In this document: piece by piece, positions 57,501 to 64,000 of the stretch
Position numbering within the stretch: position 1 is the first letter of the stretch
Layout of the letters: each line of letters begins with the position of its first letter
Virus record (IMG/VR): IMGVR_UViG_3300044716_000122
Location: 31,046 to 95,045 of that record
DNA: 64,000 nt
Source of the DNA: a virus
Taxonomy: Duplodnaviria > Caudoviricetes
Strand: one strand, 5' to 3'
Translations under genes and position numbers: made by a program
The notes under the pieces: generated by a model
Database searches by the model: none
What the model was told of the DNA's origin: nothing
Seen by the model: only the letters and a program-made list of their open reading frames with translations

Positions 57501-60500
57501 GTAATTAATCCTAAATTAGAAATAAAAGTAGCAGGTGTTTGAAATCTTACATAGTCATCATCCGAACAATATATCTTGGTTATAGCAGAAGAGAATACTC
57601 CAGAAGGAGTATTAATCCATCCTGCTTGAATATATCCATTTGCATCAGTTCTAACAATTTTATTTGCTTCGTTATTTCTACTACTATGAACAGCTAATCC
57701 TCCTGCTGTGGATGCATTACTTACTGACTGAGACCCAATGTTACCTGTATTAATTGCAGATGCAATTGGTTGAGCCCAAGAAGAATAGTTAGATGAGTCT
57801 AGTACAGTTGCTTGAGCTCCAGCGCCATATGCATTTTTGTGACAATATAATGTACCACTTTCCCAATAGAACTGCCATCCATAGGCGTTGTTGTGAAATC
57901 CAGTTGTGTTAGAGGTTGGATTTACCATCAATGATACGTTTCCATTTGATGCATTAAACTCAATTCCGTTCCATCCATTTCTAGTGCCAGTAACTAGCCA
58001 GGGACCATAACTTCCATCATTAGGTCTTAAATGAGCACCATTTGTTGGAGAGTATAATCCATAAATACCATTAAGTTGAATCCAACTTTCAGGAATTAAA
58101 TAACCACTTCCATTTCTAGTAGGAATAGTATTAGCACTAGCTCCTACAGATACACTATATCCTCCTACAGTAGAGGAGTTACCTCCATTAGCTGGAGCAG
58201 AACCTGCTGTAGTGGCATAAGTAGCAGTAGCAGCATTACCGCTAATATTTGTCTGGTCACCTGTATTTGTACCACTTAAATTTGATGCAGACAATGTTCC
58301 TGCAAAATATCCATTACCTGTGCTAAGACCAATATATGCTCGTAATCCATTTGCTCCACCTCCAATAAAACCAATTGAATTACCTTCCATACCACCAACA
58401 GCAGAATCAATTTGCCTATGGTAAATACCCCAGTTTGAACCAGTGTCTGCACTATCTAGATAAATCCAAGAGTCTCTATCGTTTGGTTGACTGTATAAAA
58501 ATACGTTTGAAGAAGGGTTAACTGTTGTAAAACTATTAAGAATTAAACTGTTATTACCTCTATATCTTTCTGCAGTAATAGAAGAACTTGTAGTAGATCC
58601 TCTTCCAGTAACAGTAGCCAATGTATCTGTTTCTGTATATCCTGTAATATAACCAGAGTTATTTGTGAATTGAGAGATGTTCATTGAAGTTAACGCACCC
58701 GATGTAGTAGCATAACTTACAGATTGTGAACCTATATTACTTGTAGTAATTGCAGTTGAAGCAGCTTGATAGCCAGCACTTGCATGATTTCCCCACCCAT
58801 AAGCTGTATTCCATTGTGTGGAATCTCCATAACCAGAAGAGTAAATTACAGCTGCTATAAAGTTTTCATACGATCCCCCTGGGTTATTTCTAATAGCCAT
58901 TCTACCACTAGATTCCATCATGATACTAGAAGCAACAACACCCCCCCAATGGAATGCTAACTGAGGTGCATATATTTCGTTTGTATTTCCACTTCCTCCA
59001 CTATTCTCTCTTACTTGATAATTCGTTGTATAAGATGTTCCTGTTGAAGTACTTTGGATAGTACCAAGCCCAGAAAGATTTGTAGCATTACCAGCACTTC
59101 CTGAACTGCCAGTTACATTAATACTCCAAGTACCACTGTTATAAACATAATCGGTATTATTTGAGTGTTTTAATCTTCCACCATATATGTAAACAGTTCC
59201 ACCACCATTGCCAAAGTACATATCCCCACTTGAGTAATGATTAAAATACATTTGATAAACATTACCTGCTCCACCTCTAGTGTCTATATGTAGATTACCG
59301 TTAGAAGTTCTTATACGAGCATATGTTGTATCTGTTGACCAACCACCAAGATGTAAAGCCGCAGCAGCATTATATGAGCTAGCTCCATAAACTATTAATG
59401 CAGCAGCATCCCCATTTACAATTGTATTTGTAACATTTGTATAAACTCCATTAGTCACACTACCCGCACTACCACTAATACTTCCTGATGATGTAATATA
59501 TCCACTAGGATTACTAGAGTTATAAGGAGTATATCCTAAAGCACCTGTTACTTGTCCTGATGTTATTCCTGTTAAGTATCCTGCACTAGCGTGGTTACCC
59601 CAACCAAATGCGGTATTCCAGTTAGAGGATGTTCCATAAGAAGTTGTAGTAATAAGTCCTGAAGTCCAGATACCTGAACCAATAGCTGTTTGGGTAACAC
59701 CATTATCCATGAATAAAGCCTGATGCCCTAAGCCAGATTTAGATTGTCCTCCTACATTTGTATGTGTCCATGCAATACCATAAAGATTTCCAGTAGTTGT
59801 ACCATTAGCAGCCAACTTATAAGAGTCCCCCATTGCAAATACACCTTGGTATCTCTCAGCAGAATAAAGACCTACAAGACCATTACCATAGTTTCCATCT
59901 GTGTAAACATTACTATAAGAACGTAGTGTGTCAGCATTAACAGTAACTAATCTAGAAGTACTATTAGGATCTAAATAATAATTTGTATCCTGTGAATCAT
60001 AAAAAATTGGCGCTCTCATTTGAGAGGCTGCATCTACACGATATAAATTACTAGTACTATTAGGATCTAAATAGTAACTAGTATTATTTGAATCATAAAA
60101 AATAGTACCATAAAAAGCACCACTCTTTTCTATTTTAGTATTTCCAATTGTTTTGTCATAAATAGGATAATCAGTATCTACTCCAACAAATAAATTTGCA
60201 AGAAAAATTGTATCACCACTAGCATTGTAATCGGTTAAGAATCCTAATTTAGCAGAAGCTGTACCTGGAGGAAACTTACCTCCAGCATTTGTACCACTAT
60301 AATCTACACCGTCCATTATACCTACATAGTTTGTCCATGTAGTTGGTACAATAGTGTATCCCAAAGCAATGTACTTATATGTACCACCTGCACTACCATT
60401 ACTTAACTTAGTACCAGAAGCAATAGAAGGACCATTCCAAGGACTAATCAGAGTAATAGTATTAGTGGCGTAGTTAACAGCTCCAGGATCCCATCTTCCT

Positions 60501-61903
60501 CCGTACCAGTTTTGAGAATAAGTTTCTGGGGGATAAGCATATCCAAATGAGTTAACATAGTTCCAGAATATAAATGATCTGATGTGGGTAGATACTCCTG
60601 CTGTTCCCCCATTTTCCCAGTTAGCAGCACTAGTTAAGTAAACAACTGTATCCCCAGGGTTAAGAGTTTGTGCCAACGTAGTAAGAGTGTTAGCATAATA
60701 CATATGAGTAACTGCAGTAATTGTATTACCATCTACATCAAAAAAGTTTAAATAAGCATAATATGCACCTTGTCCATTTGTAGTTCTTGCCCAAAAATCT
60801 AAACGATATCTTTTCTCTGGATTGACAGGCATTAACTCATCAGTATTTGGAGCTTGGTATTGTCCAGTATATCTAAATGATCCACTTGAGAAATACGCTT
60901 GACTACCATCAAATGTAAATGAAGTAAAGTTTGTGTTGTTACCCATCAAACCTGTTCCATTACTAAGTAAGTTTTCTCCTCTAGACCAGATATACTTCTT
61001 CATAGTATCTAGACTATAGCCTCCTAAAGCACCTGCACCCGTAGCATAATTTACACTTAATGAACTGGCTGTTCCTGTTAACCCTGCTCCTGATCCAATA
61101 AATTGAGATGCTGTATGTGTTCCTACAGAAGAGAAGTTTCCATTACCAAACATTGAATGTTTTATACTCCAATTAGATGAATCAACTCCATCTGAAGCAT
61201 AATAATGTTGTATGGTTCCACTTGCATCCATGTGTCTCAACCACATACTGTCAGAAACAGTATTTCTAAATTGCATTGAAGGATACTGTCCTCTAATGTT
61301 TATAGCTCCTTGGTTAATCCCAGCATTAGCCCAGTTATTATTTAGTCGAATATGACTAAGTACTGAAAGTCCATTAGGATCAAGGTAATATCCAGTATCA
61401 TTAGAATCGTAAAAAATAGGTGCTCTTAGAGATTCGTTATTTTGAAGATAACCACCATTGTCCATTAGAACATTAGCACCACTAAATCTCATCTGCCAAG
61501 TGTTATTACCACCAATATACAACTCATCACCAGCCCCAGCTTTTATCATAGAAGCATTTGTTCCAGCTGATGTAAGTGTTATAATAGAAGACGCATTTAC
61601 GTTAAATGTTGCGGTAGTTAATACACTATTACCATTGGGGTCAAGGTAATAACTAGTATCTGCGGAATCGTAAAAAATTGGAGCACGCATATCAGAGGTA
61701 CTCTGAATGCCAACATTAGAGTTTATACGAGCACCATCCCAGTTTAGATAATTGTTTCCGCCTCCAAAATATATTGCATTACCAATATTAATATTAGTAG
61801 GACCAATGGTTGCAGGTATACTTGTTAAAGCATAACTCCCAATGTTACTTGTTGTGATTACGGCATTTCCGCCTACTGTGGTATTTATTAATAAATTAGC
61901 CAT
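54593..61903 (-). CDS. Long tail fibre with C-terminal intramolecular chaperone (peptidase S74)
   Basis: 2436 aa, G/S/T/N-rich with internal repeats; SDSRLKDN...GLIAQDVE.VLPEAV followed by a coiled coil. Confidence 0.88.
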   Translation of the reverse strand: MANLLINTTVGGNAVITTSNIGSYALTSIPATIGPTNINIGNAIYFGGGNNYLNWDGARINSNVGIQSTSDMRAPIFYDSADTSYYLDPNGNSVLTTATFNVNASSIITLTSAGTNASMIKAGAGDELYIGGNNTWQMRFSGANVLMDNGGYLQNNESLRAPIFYDSNDTGYYLDPNGLSVLSHIRLNNNWANAGINQGAINIRGQYPSMQFRNTVSDSMWLRHMDASGTIQHYYASDGVDSSNWSIKHSMFGNGNFSSVGTHTASQFIGSGAGLTGTASSLSVNYATGAGALGGYSLDTMKKYIWSRGENLLSNGTGLMGNNTNFTSFTFDGSQAYFSSGSFRYTGQYQAPNTDELMPVNPEKRYRLDFWARTTNGQGAYYAYLNFFDVDGNTITAVTHMYYANTLTTLAQTLNPGDTVVYLTSAANWENGGTAGVSTHIRSFIFWNYVNSFGYAYPPETYSQNWYGGRWDPGAVNYATNTITLISPWNGPSIASGTKLSNGSAGGTYKYIALGYTIVPTTWTNYVGIMDGVDYSGTNAGGKFPPGTASAKLGFLTDYNASGDTIFLANLFVGVDTDYPIYDKTIGNTKIEKSGAFYGTIFYDSNNTSYYLDPNSTSNLYRVDAASQMRAPIFYDSQDTNYYLDPNSTSRLVTVNADTLRSYSNVYTDGNYGNGLVGLYSAERYQGVFAMGDSYKLAANGTTTGNLYGIAWTHTNVGGQSKSGLGHQALFMDNGVTQTAIGSGIWTSGLITTTSYGTSSNWNTAFGWGNHASAGYLTGITSGQVTGALGYTPYNSSNPSGYITSSGSISGSAGSVTNGVYTNVTNTIVNGDAAALIVYGASSYNAAAALHLGGWSTDTTYARIRTSNGNLHIDTRGGAGNVYQMYFNHYSSGDMYFGNGGGTVYIYGGRLKHSNNTDYVYNSGTWSINVTGSSGSAGNATNLSGLGTIQSTSTGTSYTTNYQVRENSGGSGNTNEIYAPQLAFHWGGVVASSIMMESSGRMAIRNNPGGSYENFIAAVIYSSGYGDSTQWNTAYGWGNHASAGYQAASTAITTSNIGSQSVSYATTSGALTSMNISQFTNNSGYITGYTETDTLATVTGRGSTTSSSITAERYRGNNSLILNSFTTVNPSSNVFLYSQPNDRDSWIYLDSADTGSNWGIYHRQIDSAVGGMEGNSIGFIGGGANGLRAYIGLSTGNGYFAGTLSASNLSGTNTGDQTNISGNAATATYATTAGSAPANGGNSSTVGGYSVSVGASANTIPTRNGSGYLIPESWIQLNGIYGLYSPTNGAHLRPNDGSYGPWLVTGTRNGWNGIEFNASNGNVSLMVNPTSNTTGFHNNAYGWQFYWESGTLYCHKNAYGAGAQATVLDSSNYSSWAQPIASAINTGNIGSQSVSNASTAGGLAVHSSRNNEANKIVRTDANGYIQAGWINTPSGVFSSAITKIYCSDDDYVRFQTPATFISNLGLITTSNIGSQSVSYATTAGTANAVAWGNVSSKPSYVMYYQGFTLDANTMDANSTGFTYSVNAPYTGPIARFSEPGYSLQLNAAYSGSGTGIAFRTRNGDAGSFNPWRVLLNDANYTAYSPSLAGTGASGTWSISVTGSAGSVAWTNVSSRPTALSQFTNDLGNYGGFLTSITAHTHAISDVTGLQTALDSKQASLGFTPYNSTNPSGYITGISFANVSSKPTTISGYGITDAITTANIGSQSVTNSAQLNGLSKIQLWNNSGQGHSTYQTFGAIPNFGVWFMQGSTANDTPQSGSQYYVQTQGLGNDYAYGTYGLMTAVARDHARKYTYYRTQEGGSWGSWTKAAAGYADEAGVLTSMNISQFTNNSGYITGINSGNVTTALGFTPYNATNPSGYITSSASISGTASNITAYTINQSVGTGNSPTFAGLANTGGWYSYNDDDRNPGSANHYPTTSARSFRFSFVGAGSVGAVGNYAGLLQFNPWDGTTSSTGDSSYQLAFVNQTGVNGSGNPGLRLRKGIDSTWGAFCDILTSVNYTSYSPTLTGTGASGTWSISVSGNAATATNVAYSGLTGTVPTWNQNTTGSAATVGGYAPSGSVGANTVVIRDANNYIYAHYINSNVSETENPTINSFYTSNGDGWLRKSSVAHVKSQLGLGSMAYESSGTYQTVSGAINTGNIASQSVSYATISQQLTKFGDIYGQDWNSYFITAKLIVSNALGHTGANRPSDSYGYGTVLSYGETGGPLMQMYFPEDVANTGGAYRALAYRSGYNGSWSAWKTVVNQVGNTCTVAGSNGTGLQVHSNVGYNQDPLTYFLLRGQADSSWKTFKILLTGDAGGQDIEFRRIAENSTDSRMFYVPRGLNQVIFDYTVVQPSDSRLKDNLTPITTPVEKIKSLRGVEFDWNSGEHVGTHDVGLIAQDVEAVLPEAVTTQEDGYKNLAYTKVIPLLVEAMKEQQTMIEALRAEIELLKNK

Positions 61904-64000
61904 TGTTTTCTAGTGTTTCAATTCTTTGGGTTAATTCTTTTACTGCACCTATAAGAGCAGCAGTTAAGCGTGAGTAGTTGACCCCTACAGGTTCTCCACT
62001 CTCATCATATTGTACAAACTCTGGGTAGACTGTAGCAACTTCTTCTGCAATAAGTCCTAATTCTTTAGTCTGAGACCCAATCTTATTGTAAGTTACTGGT
62101 CTCAAATTTACTACCTTTTCTAAATTTCCCTCGCTTGTTTTTACATTTTCTTTTAGTTTAAGTGAAGATGATTCTGTAAGAAATCCTGCTATAGTTAAAT
62201 TACCTGCATCCATATCTAGAACTATACGATTAGCTCCAGCTCCTACAAATTCAAAATCATTATTATCTCCATTCCATCTAAGTCCCCATGCACTAGAAGG
62301 AGTTGGATGAGATGGATAGTAATCTCTAGAGATTCCCCAAATATCAAAATTTCCGTCACCTACATCTAAGCCTAAAATACCTCCTGGAAATTGAGGTCTA
62401 TTAGCTACGGCAGGAGGAAAGGTTATTTTACCTGTAATAGTATCACCAGCCTTAGATACCTTACCTGCAATACTATTAGTTACTGTAGTAGCAAATGAAG
62501 CATCATCTCCTAATGCAGCAGCCAATTCATCTAGTGTATCTAGTGCTCCTGGTGCTCCTGCAATTAAGTTATTGATTTGGGTGGTTACATAAGATGTAGT
62601 AGCGTAACTCTGAGACCCCACCCAAGATTGAGTAGCAATAGTTCCAGAAATAAGTCCTTGGTTAGAACTAGCCATAACAACATATCCCCAATCACTCCAA
62701 GAAGAGTTATCAGTTTTATTTCTAATTCTCCAACCGTTATTGGGTACACCATAATGAAACAATTGTTGAACTGTTCCTGTTGATCCACCCGCATTCCAAG
62801 ACAAAAGATGTTGGGAGTGCCCAGCAAAACTTACCGGCCTGATTCCATTGTCTGTATAACTATCTAAACTTGCTTCAGCACCTCCAGATAATAAACGTAA
62901 AAACTCAGTAGAATTTTGTCCATCAAGTAAATCAGCATCTAAACCACTTCCACTTCCATCGTTACCTGAGTGCCATACTGTACTTCCACTTACATTAAAT
63001 CCTCCATCAGCTCTCATTACTCCTGGAGTGTAAACGCCTGAAGCATAATGATTTTGATTATTTAATCTAAGCCAAGTATCGTAGTTACCTTCTATTGCAT
63101 TTTTCTCACCTAAATAAATTACAGCATTACCAGTAATTCTCGTAGTCCAACTAGTTCCATTATTTACAGCAATAGCATAGTTTGCAGAAGGAGACACTCT
63201 AGCGTACATACCATAGTCAAGAGCTGCGGCATTTACATATAATCCCCAGTCATTATTGTTTGACTTAGTTACATATAATACAGCATCTGTAGAAGAATCT
63301 CCTGATCCTCCGTCAAATATTCCTCTTCCTAATACATGAAATTTTTCCGAAGGAGATGTAGTCCCAATTCCAACATTGCCTCCATTTGTAACAGTTAGTA
63401 CATCTCCAGCTGTATTGTTTCCTAAAGAAAGATTTGCACCAAAGCCATATACTCTTACAGCATTTCCTGCATTAGGACCATAATCTAGATGCCCTCCAAC
63501 ATAAAAAATGCCATCACTTCTCCAACCAATACCGCCTACACCAGATCCATCATTTCTAATAAAATTAACATTGCTGTAATTACCAGAAGCACCAACAGTA
63601 ATATTTCCTGTAATATATTGATTACCAACTACATGAAGTTTCTCTGTTGGACTATTTGTACCAATACCAACGTTACCTGTGCCACCAGGCATCAAACTAA
63701 TATGTTGATTGGTTCCACTTACAATTCTATAAAAATATGAAGAAGTTATACCCCCAAAACTATAGTCAGCATATTGACTTAAATTTAGTGCCGTAGTTCT
63801 TATAGCTCCAGCTGCATCAGAATTCTCATTGCTAATAACGTGTAATTTAGAACCTGGAGTACTTGTTCCAATACCTACGTTATTTGTTGATAAATTAAAA
63901 GATAGTGCTGGTGTATCTGTATAAGCATTTGATGTAAATCCATATATATTTGATGCAAGTTCACCAAAAAACATATTAGATCCTGTACCATTATTGTATA
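61896..64000 (-). CDS. Tail fibre with peptidase S74 chaperone (5' end outside the window)
   Basis: GNVGIGT repeats, GSGLDADLLDG, APGALDTLDELAAALGDD, SSLKLKEN...GLIAEEV; frame stays open from 63974 to the edge. Confidence 0.85.
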   Translation of the reverse strand, partial: YNNGTGSNMFFGELASNIYGFTSNAYTDTPALSFNLSTNNVGIGTSTPGSKLHVISNENSDAAGAIRTTALNLSQYADYSFGGITSSYFYRIVSGTNQHISLMPGGTGNVGIGTNSPTEKLHVVGNQYITGNITVGASGNYSNVNFIRNDGSGVGGIGWRSDGIFYVGGHLDYGPNAGNAVRVYGFGANLSLGNNTAGDVLTVTNGGNVGIGTTSPSEKFHVLGRGIFDGGSGDSSTDAVLYVTKSNNNDWGLYVNAAALDYGMYARVSPSANYAIAVNNGTSWTTRITGNAVIYLGEKNAIEGNYDTWLRLNNQNHYASGVYTPGVMRADGGFNVSGSTVWHSGNDGSGSGLDADLLDGQNSTEFLRLLSGGAEASLDSYTDNGIRPVSFAGHSQHLLSWNAGGSTGTVQQLFHYGVPNNGWRIRNKTDNSSWSDWGYVVMASSNQGLISGTIATQSWVGSQSYATTSYVTTQINNLIAGAPGALDTLDELAAALGDDASFATTVTNSIAGKVSKAGDTITGKITFPPAVANRPQFPGGILGLDVGDGNFDIWGISRDYYPSHPTPSSAWGLRWNGDNNDFEFVGAGANRIVLDMDAGNLTIAGFLTESSSLKLKENVKTSEGNLEKVVNLRPVTYNKIGSQTKELGLIAEEVATVYPEFVQYDESGEPVGVNYSRLTAALIGAVKELTQRIETLENNG

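Noticed and set aside
1388-63740. Many short plus-strand ORFs in the track
   Set aside because: They are antisense shadows of long minus-strand genes, with atypical composition; only 43095-43367 is retained
54593-64000. Diversity-generating retroelement or invertible shufflon acting on tail fibres or the C-type lectin
   Set aside because: No reverse transcriptase, recombinase, or adenine-variable template/variable repeat pair seen in the window

Overview
A 64-kb segment of a crAss-like (Crassvirales-type) podovirus that most likely infects a Bacteroidota host. The host call rests on TTG-N19-21-TAnnTTTG promoters, A-rich start regions without Shine-Dalgarno sequences, and a type IX secretion C-terminal signal. 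Almost all genes lie on the minus strand and use the standard code. From right to left the window holds two chaperone-capped tail fibres, then an operon (53.5-43.7 kb) in which lysis genes are followed by about ten predicted envelope/secreted proteins. These include a T9SS cargo with two cohesin-like domains and a dockerin-like motif, a paralogous dockerin plus C-type lectin protein, a CsgG-like lipoprotein, a probable beta-barrel carrying a nested out-of-frame gene, and a DUF2589 pair. Next comes a short plus-strand island (a 90-aa gene and a ~300-nt highly base-paired candidate ncRNA). It is followed by terminase, portal, scaffold, major capsid and tail genes, basic internal proteins that share a recurrent xxGG motif, and a >4055-aa virion RNA polymerase/zincin polyprotein. 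That last gene runs off the left edge and is missing from the ORF track. The best candidates for undescribed biology are the cohesin-dockerin-lectin/CsgG envelope module, the nested gene and the structured RNA. All family assignments come from motif recognition by eye, not from database searches.
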